A stretch of 64,000 nt of DNA, taken from an uncultured Nitrospiraceae bacterium (GTDB taxonomy: Bacteria; Nitrospirota; Thermodesulfovibrionia; Thermodesulfovibrionales; SM23-35). A model generated the notes under the pieces. That model made no database searches, was not told the DNA's origin, and saw only the letters and a list, made by a program, of their open reading frames with translations. How positions within the stretch are numbered: the first letter of the stretch is position 1; every line of letters starts with the position of its first letter. The stretch spans positions 128,001-192,000 of the forward strand of contig CAVSHB010000004.1 in the NCBI GenBank assembly GCA_963727775.1, given 5' to 3'. The translations under genes were made by a program, and so were the position numbers. Positions 30,171 through 39,393 of the stretch are shown piece after piece.

Positions 30171-32058
30171 ATTTCGTCTCAGTCTTTAGTTCATTTAACA
30201 GTATGCTTATCTGCGCCTTTATTTTGTTTCTTGTCTCCGGCGACATGTCGCCGGATGTTTTACATGAAAATTTCTTTGATATTGGCTTCAAAACCATATA
30301 TCCGTTCCCAGACCATACTACGCCTACTTCGTTATCCCGTAAAATTTCGACCTTTTCCCTTACCCATTCCTGGAGTTCCTGAATTCCCGTTACAGAAAAC
30401 TTTGCAATATCGGGATATAATTTATTAATATCTTCGAAAGACATCCCATTTTTTGCATACGTTTGAATCTCAGTTGACAACACTGTTTTTTTATACTTAT
30501 CACCGTCACTATATATGATGGTCAGAGACTCGACTACTTTTTCTTCGGGCATGTCCTTCAGTTTCATAACAATAAAATCACAAATAGAAAAATATCTGTA
30601 CAGGAAATCTGTCTCTTCTCTCGTCAGTCCGTATTTCTCAATAACTTCCTTGTACGGGTAGACGTCGAAAACTTTACTCAGTTTAGTTGTCTCATCAAAC
30701 AGGATTTGCTCATTAATAAAATCCTCATAAATATTTCCTGTCCTCCACAAAGCTTCCTTAATCCCCAATTTATTCATTAAGGATTGCGAATTCATTATAT
30801 ATTCGGTCACCTCAGTTAATAAGTACATCCTGTTTTTTACCTTTATGTCAAACCCCTCATATCTTTCCTTTTTGTTTCCGAGGTTCTTTACAGGAAACAG
30901 TACCTCTTCAGCAGCCTTTTCCATAGACTGCTTTTCTGGTTCCTTCACCGGTGTTTGTACCTCTGCTATCTTCTCTGGTACCTGTACCTCTGCTATCTTC
31001 TCCGGTACCTGTACCTCTGCCGTCTTCTCCGGTGCCTGTACCTCTGCCGTCTTCTCCGGTGCCTGTACCTCTGCCGTCTTCTCCGGTGCCTGTACCTCTG
31101 CCGTCTTCTCCGGTGCCTGTACCTCTGCCGTCTTCTCCGGTGCCTGTACCTCTGCCGTCTTCTCCGGTGCTTCCGCTTTCTCAATTGTCTCAAACATAGT
31201 CACTATCGTTTTCAGTTTGTGTGTTCTCTCAACCTTAAGAGCCAGTGACTCAGCTTCTTTTCTGGATGCAAACTCTCCTATCATCACTTTATAGAGATAT
31301 ACTCCTCTGGATATCATTTTTGTAACCTGAACCGGATACCCTGCCCTTTTGAATTGTAGCCTCAATTCATTCGCGCTATTCTGTTTCTTGAAAACTCCTA
31401 TCTGCACCGAATACTTAACCTTCTTTTTTGATAAAGATACAGCCCGTAATGAGTTTTCAGGCTTATCCCTGTCAACAAAACTGTCTGCTGTTTCATTTGT
31501 TCCGACCGTATTTCGCAGCTCTCCGTCTGTCGACGGCGTTGTCTGTCTTTTATCCTCCACTGTCTTTTGCGGTTCTATTTCTTGAATCTTTTCTTCATTG
31601 AACACCCCTGCCTGATTCCCGACGACATTATCAACCGCCTTCGTCTCGCCGATACGGCCGCTCTCGGTTTTATACAAATCGCTCTTCGCATTTATCATCT
31701 CGGCTTCCTTCTTCGCATATGTTATGAAAGGACTCTCCGGAAACTGCTGTTTGATCTCCGAAAAAATCTTTTTTGCCTCTTCAACAGACTTTATCTGCAC
31801 TAAGGATTTCCCAAGCCAGAACAGTACAGCATCTTTTGCGGAGCTGTCCGGGAATTCTTTAAGGAATATTCTGAACTCTTCTACGGCCTTTTCAGGCTGA
31901 TAGGAAAGATAATATTTATAAGCCTCATCAAAGAGTTGAAATTCCCTACTGGAAGCTTGAGAATCAAAGACAGCAAACAGCAAAACGGAGAGAACTATGA
32001 CTATTCTCAGTCCTGTTTTATTGTTACGGAAGCCCTTTCCCATAGTACTTTCATCCAT
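30169..32058 (-). CDS. Exported TPR (CpoB/YbgF-like) + SPOR domain protein with repeat linker
   Basis: Signal peptide; AVEEFRIFLKEFPDS...FWLGKS (TPR); YSVQIGVF...YKVMIGEFASRKEA (SPOR). Confidence 0.8.
   Translation of the reverse strand: MDESTMGKGFRNNKTGLRIVIVLSVLLFAVFDSQASSREFQLFDEAYKYYLSYQPEKAVEEFRIFLKEFPDSSAKDAVLFWLGKSLVQIKSVEEAKKIFSEIKQQFPESPFITYAKKEAEMINAKSDLYKTESGRIGETKAVDNVVGNQAGVFNEEKIQEIEPQKTVEDKRQTTPSTDGELRNTVGTNETADSFVDRDKPENSLRAVSLSKKKVKYSVQIGVFKKQNSANELRLQFKRAGYPVQVTKMISRGVYLYKVMIGEFASRKEAESLALKVERTHKLKTIVTMFETIEKAEAPEKTAEVQAPEKTAEVQAPEKTAEVQAPEKTAEVQAPEKTAEVQAPEKTAEVQVPEKIAEVQVPEKIAEVQTPVKEPEKQSMEKAAEEVLFPVKNLGNKKERYEGFDIKVKNRMYLLTEVTEYIMNSQSLMNKLGIKEALWRTGNIYEDFINEQILFDETTKLSKVFDVYPYKEVIEKYGLTREETDFLYRYFSICDFIVMKLKDMPEEKVVESLTIIYSDGDKYKKTVLSTEIQTYAKNGMSFEDINKLYPDIAKFSVTGIQELQEWVREKVEILRDNEVGVVWSGNGYMVLKPISKKFSCKTSGDMSPETRNKIKAQISILLNELKTETK
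30950..31170 (-). repeat. 27-bp coding tandem repeat x8 (APEKTAEVQ)
   Basis: Five identical GGTGCCTGTACCTCTGCCGTCTTCTCC units (31031-31165) and three variant units; no spacers. Confidence 0.95.
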
Positions 32059-32948
32059 TCATTGAACATTTTTTCTCTTTTCCGGGTATATAAATTACTT
32101 TTTATCTCACCCCGCACTTCATCAAACGGCTTAATAATCTCGGGGCTTCTGCCGATGCGCTTAAGAATATAGACCCCTTCGCTCACCCAAACAGGTTCGC
32201 TTATCTCGCCTTCTTTCATCGAAAAAGCTTTATTATCCAGGGTCGGCACCAGAGCCCCTTTCGCAAAGCTGCCCAATAACCCTCCGTGGCTTCTCAACGG
32301 CTCATCTGAAATTTCTTCTGCGAGGATGTCGAAATTATCGACCTCATGCAATTGAGCGGCCATTTTCAAAGCTCTTAACTTGAGGTCCGTTATTTCAGTT
32401 AACGAGGCTTCTTCGCGTAATCTGATGAAAATGGCTTTCAGTTCCAACTTTTCCGGACTGCTCAGGAATTCCTTTTGGTTCGCCTTGTAATAATCACTGA
32501 TTTCTTTATCGATCACAACAACCTTTGAATCAATATTTTCATCCACAAGTTTTGACGATATTACTTCATCTTTTATTCTCGCTCTGTAATTCTTGATGTC
32601 CATACCCTCTTCTTTGAGGAGCCTTTCGACATCCTCCTGCGACACCCTGTTTTTTTCTTTGAACTCATCGATCTTTTTGTCAACTTCTGCGGCGCTCGCC
32701 TCTATGCCCTTTCTTTTGGCCTCCTGAAAAATTATTCTGCTCTCGATTAACCTTTTCAGTAGTTTCTCATTAACCGTCTCACTGTTTTCACCCTCATCGG
32801 CAGCAACTTTTACAAACTGCCGATAATCTGCAAAAGTAATTACTTCATCACCAACGGTTGCAAGAATCCGGTCCATAGTGCGTCCGTGGGATATGCCGGT
32901 TGAAAGCAGGAAAGTTATGAAGACAAAAAGCTTTAAAGCCTGTTTCAT
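32007..32948 (-). CDS. SurA/PrsA-like parvulin peptidyl-prolyl isomerase
   Basis: DRILATVGDEVIT, GGLLG...GEISEPV. Confidence 0.88.
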   Translation of the reverse strand: MKQALKLFVFITFLLSTGISHGRTMDRILATVGDEVITFADYRQFVKVAADEGENSETVNEKLLKRLIESRIIFQEAKRKGIEASAAEVDKKIDEFKEKNRVSQEDVERLLKEEGMDIKNYRARIKDEVISSKLVDENIDSKVVVIDKEISDYYKANQKEFLSSPEKLELKAIFIRLREEASLTEITDLKLRALKMAAQLHEVDNFDILAEEISDEPLRSHGGLLGSFAKGALVPTLDNKAFSMKEGEISEPVWVSEGVYILKRIGRSPEIIKPFDEVRGEIKSNLYTRKREKMFNEWMKVLWERASVTIKQD

Positions 32949-33008
32949 GGTATGTATTTTAGTGTACCGTATAAATGATACAGATAGTCAAGGAGGATGC
33001 ATACCGAA

Positions 33009-33758
33009 CTATGAGGGTCTGTCCTTATTTCCGAGGAGTTCCAGCGCCTTCTGTGCGTCACTCCATGTCAGCCATTTGTCTTTAGGGTTCCTTATCAAAT
33101 AGGCAGGATGAAACGTAGGCACCAGATGAATACCTCTGTAATCAAAGAGCTTGCCTCGTATTGCGGTTATTTTTTTTGTTGTGTCCTCTATGAGCGTGAA
33201 AGTGGAAATCCTACCCAAGGACATTATCACATCCGGATTTATGATCTCGATCTGTTTCTCCACAAACCCCCTGCATTTTTCTATCTCATCAATCTCAGGA
33301 TCACGGTTCATCGGGGGTCTGCACTTCACTATATTGGCGATATAAACATCCTCTCTTTTAAAACCCATTTTTTCTATAAGCTTTGTAAGGAGAATACCAG
33401 CGTCTCCCACAAACGGCCTTGCCTTCAGGTCCTCCTCCCTACCGGGGGCTTCACCAATGAACATAAGCCGGGCATCCGGATTTCCCTCGCCAAACACAAT
33501 ATTGGTTCTTTTGCCCCAAAGTTTACATCTTCTGCAATCTCCGATATCTGCTCTCAAAGCCTTTAATGCTTCGTCCTTTTCTTGTGCCGTGCGATCGCTC
33601 ACAAGTCTTAATGCCTGGACCCTATTGGATTTCCTGCCGGAACTTTTCCCCCTGACTGCGTGCCGGCTCCGACTTTTTAATTTTATCGGGAGCCTTTCAA
33701 ACCCAAGTGCCCGGTAGAACTCGAGAGCATTTTTTATGTCCTCTACAATATTTGCCAT
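33009..33758 (-). CDS. Family 4 uracil-DNA glycosylase
   Basis: CRRCKL, GEAPG, PFVG, KCRPPMNR, TFHPAY. Confidence 0.93.
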   Translation of the reverse strand: MANIVEDIKNALEFYRALGFERLPIKLKSRSRHAVRGKSSGRKSNRVQALRLVSDRTAQEKDEALKALRADIGDCRRCKLWGKRTNIVFGEGNPDARLMFIGEAPGREEDLKARPFVGDAGILLTKLIEKMGFKREDVYIANIVKCRPPMNRDPEIDEIEKCRGFVEKQIEIINPDVIMSLGRISTFTLIEDTTKKITAIRGKLFDYRGIHLVPTFHPAYLIRNPKDKWLTWSDAQKALELLGNKDRPS

Positions 33759-33790
33759 TTTATCTTTTCATATTTATTTTTAATTTATAA

Positions 33791-34645
33791 TTATCGTTCT
33801 CCCCATTTCAATTTTGTCCTGAGGATCTCGAAATAGTCTCTTTCACACGGGGTGAAAAATTTAGCCTTAAAGCCGGCTTTTTTAACTTCGACGATGTCAT
33901 TCTGTTTTAAAGAAAAACCGACCTGACCGTCGATTGTAAGAAAAACGTCTTCATTCTCCGATTTCAAGACGATTTCCACCAGGACGCTGTCAGGCAATAC
34001 AATCGGTCTGTTTGTAAGTGTGTGAGGACATATCGGGGCAAGCACGATGTTGTTTAAGGTCGGATAAAGAATCGGGCCGCCTGCAGACAAGGCATACGCC
34101 GTGGAACCTGTGGGAGTGGACACAATCAGCCCGTCCGCTTTAAAAGTTGCAACGTAACTGCGGTCTATATACGTTTCAAGGTCTATTATTCTCGCTAAAG
34201 CTCCTTTGTTCACTACAACATCGTTCACAACAGAATACTCTGAAATACATTCACTATGCCTGAATACACATGCTGAAAGCATAATCCGCTCTTCCACGGG
34301 ACACTTTCCGGTAAGCACTTTTTCAAGAACTTCATAAATCTCATCCTTATGGACAGCAGTCAGAAATCCGAGGCCACCGATGTTCACCCCGAGTATCGGA
34401 ATTTCCTTATCTCCCACAAGCCTTGATACGCTGAGCATTGTACCATCTCCGCCAAGCACAAGTATAATCTCCACTAAGGAAGGTATCTGTGAACGCGGAG
34501 AACCTTCTATACTCAGCAATGAGGCAGTTTCCTTGTCAACATAAACCTCGCAACCTTTTCGCTTCAACCAGGGTAATAGCCCTTTAGCCAATTCAGCGGG
34601 TTCAGGTTTCCCAGTCTTACTGATTATCCCTATTTTTTTCATCAA
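33791..34645 (-). CDS. nadK: NAD kinase
   Basis: GGDGT, GLGFL, DGLIVSTPTGSTAYALSAGGP. Confidence 0.96.
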   Translation of the reverse strand: MMKKIGIISKTGKPEPAELAKGLLPWLKRKGCEVYVDKETASLLSIEGSPRSQIPSLVEIILVLGGDGTMLSVSRLVGDKEIPILGVNIGGLGFLTAVHKDEIYEVLEKVLTGKCPVEERIMLSACVFRHSECISEYSVVNDVVVNKGALARIIDLETYIDRSYVATFKADGLIVSTPTGSTAYALSAGGPILYPTLNNIVLAPICPHTLTNRPIVLPDSVLVEIVLKSENEDVFLTIDGQVGFSLKQNDIVEVKKAGFKAKFFTPCERDYFEILRTKLKWGER

Positions 34646-35060
34646 TACCCTCTATATTTATTTCTCTTCTATTTTCATCGACAGGTTTTATCTTGACCTT
34701 AATCGCGCCGTCCGGGAATTCTCCTTCCGCCTTTTCAGCCCATTCAATAACCGAAATATTGTCGTTTTCTGTCTGGTCCCATAGTCCGAGTTCGGCAAGC
34801 TCGGCATCATTTTCAATCCTGTATAAATCTATATGGACAAAAGGAGGTGTTGTATTATAACCTGAAATGATCGTAAAACTGGCGCTTACAACATCTCTCT
34901 CAGCAATCCCGAATGCACCCGCAATCCCTTTTACCAGGGTAGTTTTCCCGGCGCCTAATTCGCCGTACAGTCCGACGACATTTCCCGGTTTTAAAAGTTT
35001 TCCCAGCCTGAAGCCTATATCCTTGGTTTCGTCAGGTCCGTTACTTATATATTTTATCAT
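34617..35060 (-). CDS. tsaE: tRNA t6A biosynthesis ATPase
   Basis: GELGAGKT, HIDLYR, IEWAE. Confidence 0.94.
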   Translation of the reverse strand: MIKYISNGPDETKDIGFRLGKLLKPGNVVGLYGELGAGKTTLVKGIAGAFGIAERDVVSASFTIISGYNTTPPFVHIDLYRIENDAELAELGLWDQTENDNISVIEWAEKAEGEFPDGAIKVKIKPVDENRREINIEGIDEKNRDNQ

Positions 35061-35740
35061 TTTAATATTCCGATAAACCCTCCCTGCCTGCCTGCGTGGT
35101 CCTTATGATACCTGTACGAATGATACGCATGCGGATTACAATGTGTACATTCCGTTGAACTCCATATGTTCTTTGCAGAGACACCCAAAGACAGCGCCTG
35201 AAGCATATTTGCGGAAGGAAGGTCTATGCAGTACTTCCCATTTTTCAATGCATAATAATAATCTCCATCGCCTGTAGCCCTGAGCACAGCCTCCTTAACT
35301 TCGTCGTCAACGTAATAGCAGTCCCCCTTAATACTCGGCCCCTGGGCCATCAGTATGTCTCCCGGCAATGAATTAAAATGTTCCATCATTATTTTAATGG
35401 TTTTTTTTACTATCTTTGCCGCAGTGCCCCGCCATCCCGCATGCACGGCGCCAAGAACGCCTTTTTGTTTATCATAAAGCAGCACCGGGACACAATCAGC
35501 AACCTGGACGCCGATTACTATCCCCTTTCTTTTTGTAACAACAGCATCAGCTATTTTCGGACCGCGATCCGAATCGAGTATCAGGACATTGTCCGTATGT
35601 CTCTGTATCGGGAGATAGATGTTCTCCCTCCGAATAGATAACATGGCGCAGATCTTCTCAATCTCCGCGCCTAAGGTCTTCCCGGTAAAAAAGGCCGTCA
35701 CATCATTGTTAAATATTCCGGGATAAATCAGTTTATCCAT
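35057..35740 (-). CDS. pgeF: Peptidoglycan editing factor/polyphenol oxidase family (YfiH)
   Basis: QRH, VADCVPV, AVHAGWRG, GPSI, CT...SYR. Confidence 0.9.
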   Translation of the reverse strand: MDKLIYPGIFNNDVTAFFTGKTLGAEIEKICAMLSIRRENIYLPIQRHTDNVLILDSDRGPKIADAVVTKRKGIVIGVQVADCVPVLLYDKQKGVLGAVHAGWRGTAAKIVKKTIKIMMEHFNSLPGDILMAQGPSIKGDCYYVDDEVKEAVLRATGDGDYYYALKNGKYCIDLPSANMLQALSLGVSAKNIWSSTECTHCNPHAYHSYRYHKDHAGRQGGFIGILK

Positions 35741-35759
35741 CCACTCACGATGCTTAGGT

Positions 35760-35881
35760 TATGTAATGGCGGACACAGTATTTTCGCGGATTTAAATTCT
35801 GTGAAGATTTATCGAAACAGAATTTACCTCGGAGGGCGATAGCCCGAGAATGAGCGAAAATACTGTGTCCGCCATTACATA
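35760..35881. mobile_element. 122-bp MITE-like structured element
   Basis: Perfect 28-bp terminal inverted repeat TATGTAATGGCGGACACAGTATTTTCGC (35760-35787 / 35854-35881) enclosing two internal hairpins. Confidence 0.6.
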
Positions 35882-35901
35882 GGAGCGCGTCAAATAAATT
35901 T

Positions 35902-37467
35902 TCAAACAATGTCTTTATCGTCCTGTTGCAAATAATGGAAAGCAGCCGGTATCTTGTCGATTATATCCGTTGCGATCAGCCCATGTTCCCCTTTTTCGGT
36001 TTTTGCGATATCCCCTGCAAGGCCGTGCAGATATACTCCCAGTATACTCGCATCAAGCGGATTGCGATTCTGTCCCAGCAATCCTGAAATAATTCCGGTA
36101 AGCACGTCCCCTGTTCCGCCAGTAGCCATTCCCGGATTTCCTGTGGGATTGATAAAAGCCCTTCCATCAGGCGCTGCGATGACACTCGGAACACCCTTCA
36201 GCGCCAGAAAGGTCCCTGTTTCTTCTGCAAAGCGCAGAGCCGCATGGATCCTATCTTTTTCGATATCCTTGACAGTTAATCCTTTATCCATGCATAATCC
36301 CGCCATTTCGCCGGGATGCGGCGTAAGGACTACAGGCGACTTCGACTTTGCAAATATACCTGTATCTCCATTGATTGAATTTATTCCATCCGCATCAATA
36401 AGCAGCGGCTTTGTTGAATGCTTGATGAGATTTCTTAAGAGTTTTTTAATATCAGCGGTTACACCCAAGCCAGGGCCGACAGCGAGAAGATCGGCCTTTT
36501 CATGTAAAAAGTCAAGTATCATGTCTGAAGCTTTCCCCGATAGGGTGCCGTCTCCTTTATCCGGCAGGATTAAGGTCATCTCCTCGGTCACGCGTGACTG
36601 AAATATGCCGGCCAGGGATTCGGGAACACCTAAAGTAACAAGACCCGCCCCTGATCTCAGGCAAGCTTTTGCGGCCATGAATGCAGCGCCTGTTTTTCCC
36701 CTTGACCCTGCAACAATAAGCACGTGGCCGTAATTGCCTTTATGCGAATACCTGGGCCTCCCCGGTATTAAAGCGGAAACATAACTCTTATCAAGAAGTT
36801 CAACCTTTATTTTTTCAGAGCCCATCAAATCAGGAGGGAACCCGATATCTTCGATAAAAAGTTTTCCGCAAAATCCTGCTCCGGGGAACAAAAGGTGCCC
36901 CTTTTTGGGCAAGCCGAAAGTAATGGTATAATCCGCCCTTACGGCAGTTCCCATTACCTGCCCATTGTCAGAAGAAATGCCGGATGGGATGTCTACCGAT
37001 ACTATCGGTAATCTTGAATTATTAAGCAAGGTAACGATCTCTGAAAGCCTCCCCGAAATCTCTGTGTTCAGGCCGGTACCGAAAATAGCGTCTACAATAA
37101 GAGAATGCCTGCCGAAGCCTGATGTCCGGTGGACAAAAAGTTCTTCTATCGGTTTTATCTGCACCCCGGATTTTACGGCAGTATTATATTCAGATAAGGC
37201 ATCTCCTTTAAGTTTTTCAGGGTTTGCGGCCAAAAACACTTTGACTTCCCAGCCTTCATTGTGGAGATTCCTTGCAATAACCAGACCGTCCCCGCCGTTA
37301 TTTCCGGTACTGGATACAACAATGATTTTCTTACGACCGAACACTTCTTTTATCTTAGAAACAACTGCAAGCCCGGCCCTCTCCATTAGTACAAGGCCGG
37401 AGATACCGAATTCCTCGATAGTCCTCTTATCAATCTCCTGCATCTCGGCAGCAGTAACGACCTTCAC
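35902..37467 (-). CDS. nnr: Bifunctional NAD(P)H-hydrate epimerase/dehydratase
   Basis: GNNGGDG, DAIFGTG, DIPSG, GPGLG, TPHPGE, GGTGDVLTG. Confidence 0.95.
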   Translation of the reverse strand: MKVVTAAEMQEIDKRTIEEFGISGLVLMERAGLAVVSKIKEVFGRKKIIVVSSTGNNGGDGLVIARNLHNEGWEVKVFLAANPEKLKGDALSEYNTAVKSGVQIKPIEELFVHRTSGFGRHSLIVDAIFGTGLNTEISGRLSEIVTLLNNSRLPIVSVDIPSGISSDNGQVMGTAVRADYTITFGLPKKGHLLFPGAGFCGKLFIEDIGFPPDLMGSEKIKVELLDKSYVSALIPGRPRYSHKGNYGHVLIVAGSRGKTGAAFMAAKACLRSGAGLVTLGVPESLAGIFQSRVTEEMTLILPDKGDGTLSGKASDMILDFLHEKADLLAVGPGLGVTADIKKLLRNLIKHSTKPLLIDADGINSINGDTGIFAKSKSPVVLTPHPGEMAGLCMDKGLTVKDIEKDRIHAALRFAEETGTFLALKGVPSVIAAPDGRAFINPTGNPGMATGGTGDVLTGIISGLLGQNRNPLDASILGVYLHGLAGDIAKTEKGEHGLIATDIIDKIPAAFHYLQQDDKDIV

Positions 37468-37678
37468 GCCTTTCTCAACCTCCGGGTTACAAACTACGTG
37501 GGACTAAGACAGCACCCACATGCTTAAAAGTCAAGCACCGCATAATCCGTCATATGAAAAAATAACCATAATAAAATTATAGCATCGCTTTAATAATTAT
37601 TCATATTTTGCTTATAAGATTACAGGTTATTCGCCTTAAGATGTTTGACAAAAACAAAAAAACGTGTTAGATAATAGC

Positions 37679-39241
37679 ATGCCGGTTATTGGTAAAAAGA
37701 AGCAGCGTCTCGGTGAACTTCTTGTTGAACACGGCCTGATAAATACGAACCAACTGAAAGAAGCGCTGAAAAGACAGGCCCAGGTTGGCGGACAGTTAGG
37801 GTCTATCCTGGTTGAAATGGGAATTATCACCAATGAGGACCTATTGATTTTTCTCAGCCAACAGCTCGGAATCCCCGCAACAAATCTCTTCAAACTGAAT
37901 ATAGAACCGGATATCCTGAAGCTTTTGCCCATAGAGAAGATTAAGGCAATGAAAGTTATCCCTGTCAGCATCGACGAAAGCACAGTCACCCTGGCAATGG
38001 TAAACCCGAAGGATATGCTTTCGATCAGGGATATTGAGTTTTCTCTCGGAAAAAAAGTAAAGCCGGTTGTGGTCCCCGCCTCACAGATGGACGCTGCCAT
38101 TCAAAGCCTCCTATCAAACCCTGAAATCGGTCTTACAGGAGAAAATGTTGAAAAGGAGGCGCATAAAGTTGAACCGACAAAAGCGCCTCCTTTAATGTCC
38201 TTACTGAAATATCTGATAACCTCTCCTGCTACGGATATGCTGCTTACCGCAGGGGTAGCGCCTTCAATAAAGCTGAGCAATGATATTAAAAGGGCTTCCA
38301 TGAACACTCTGACACCTTTTGATTGCGAAAGATATGCGCGGGAGCTGGTTTCCGAAAAGGACTGGGAAATATTTATAAAAAAAGGCGACTATGATTTTGC
38401 GGTAACATATCCCGAATTCGGCCGGTTTAGGGTGAATCTGTACAGGCAGCGAAATTCAGTTTCGATCACGATACGTCATATTCAGGATATACTGCCGTCT
38501 TTGGAAGAACTCAACCTGCCTGAATGGATAGGAGAACTTGTGTTGTCGCCGCAGGGACTTATCATTGTTTCCGGACCCGCTGGTCATGGAAAAACTACAA
38601 CCCTTGCTGCCATGGTCGACATTATAAACTCCAATAAGAAATGCAATGTTATAACCCTCGAAGACCCGATCGAATACCTGCACAAGCATAAAAAAAGCAA
38701 TGTGAACCAAAGGGACATCGGGATAGATACAGAGTCCTTCTATGAAGGGCTGAAGCACATTTTCAGACAGGACCCAGATGTAATCGTGATTGGGGAGATG
38801 AGGGATGCCGACAGCTGCGCTATTGCCCTGCAGGCTGCGGACACCGGACATCTTGTGATAACTACTGTGCATGCAAGCACTTCGGCTTCAACGATAGAGA
38901 GGATAATTAATATGTTTCCTCCTCATCAGCAAGGGCTGATCAGGACACGGATTGCGGACAGCCTGCTATTTGTCTTTGCGCAGAGGCTGATACCTATGAA
39001 GAGCGGCGAAGGAAGGCTACTTGCCTATGAGAAGATCATAAACAGCCACAGCATAAAGAATCTTATCAGAGAGGGTAAAACCTTTCAGATTAAATCGCAG
39101 ATGTTGAGCGGTTCAGAGGATTTCACCTCCCTGGAAGCATCACTGGCAAAGCTCTATTTATCAGGCCTGATTAATTTCGAAGCCGGTCTTCTTTATTCGG
39201 AAAACAAACAATTTTACAAAGAACTTACAAAAGGCGCGTAG
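37679..39241 (+). CDS. PilT/PilU-type retraction ATPase with N-terminal MshEN (c-di-GMP-binding) and GSPII-E N domains
   Basis: RLGELLVEHGLINTNQLKEALKRQ...QLGSILVEMGII; Walker A GPAGHGKT; EDPIE; GEMRD; SIKNLIRE (AIRNLIRE-like). Confidence 0.85.
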   Translation: MPVIGKKKQRLGELLVEHGLINTNQLKEALKRQAQVGGQLGSILVEMGIITNEDLLIFLSQQLGIPATNLFKLNIEPDILKLLPIEKIKAMKVIPVSIDESTVTLAMVNPKDMLSIRDIEFSLGKKVKPVVVPASQMDAAIQSLLSNPEIGLTGENVEKEAHKVEPTKAPPLMSLLKYLITSPATDMLLTAGVAPSIKLSNDIKRASMNTLTPFDCERYARELVSEKDWEIFIKKGDYDFAVTYPEFGRFRVNLYRQRNSVSITIRHIQDILPSLEELNLPEWIGELVLSPQGLIIVSGPAGHGKTTTLAAMVDIINSNKKCNVITLEDPIEYLHKHKKSNVNQRDIGIDTESFYEGLKHIFRQDPDVIVIGEMRDADSCAIALQAADTGHLVITTVHASTSASTIERIINMFPPHQQGLIRTRIADSLLFVFAQRLIPMKSGEGRLLAYEKIINSHSIKNLIREGKTFQIKSQMLSGSEDFTSLEASLAKLYLSGLINFEAGLLYSENKQFYKELTKGA

Positions 39242-39393
39242 GACCGGATATTTCAATACTTAAGTTCCGTCAATTAATTTCCTGTTTAAACCTGATTCAT
39301 GCCTGCAGACTATTTACCCTTACAATAACCCTGAACCTTGTCTTATCGTCAGGAAAATATTAGAATAATATTAGATTAACGAGGAGATATAAA

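Noticed and set aside
30950..31170. Possible CRISPR array
   Set aside because: Units are head-to-tail with no unique spacers, stay in frame within a CDS, and there are no cas genes
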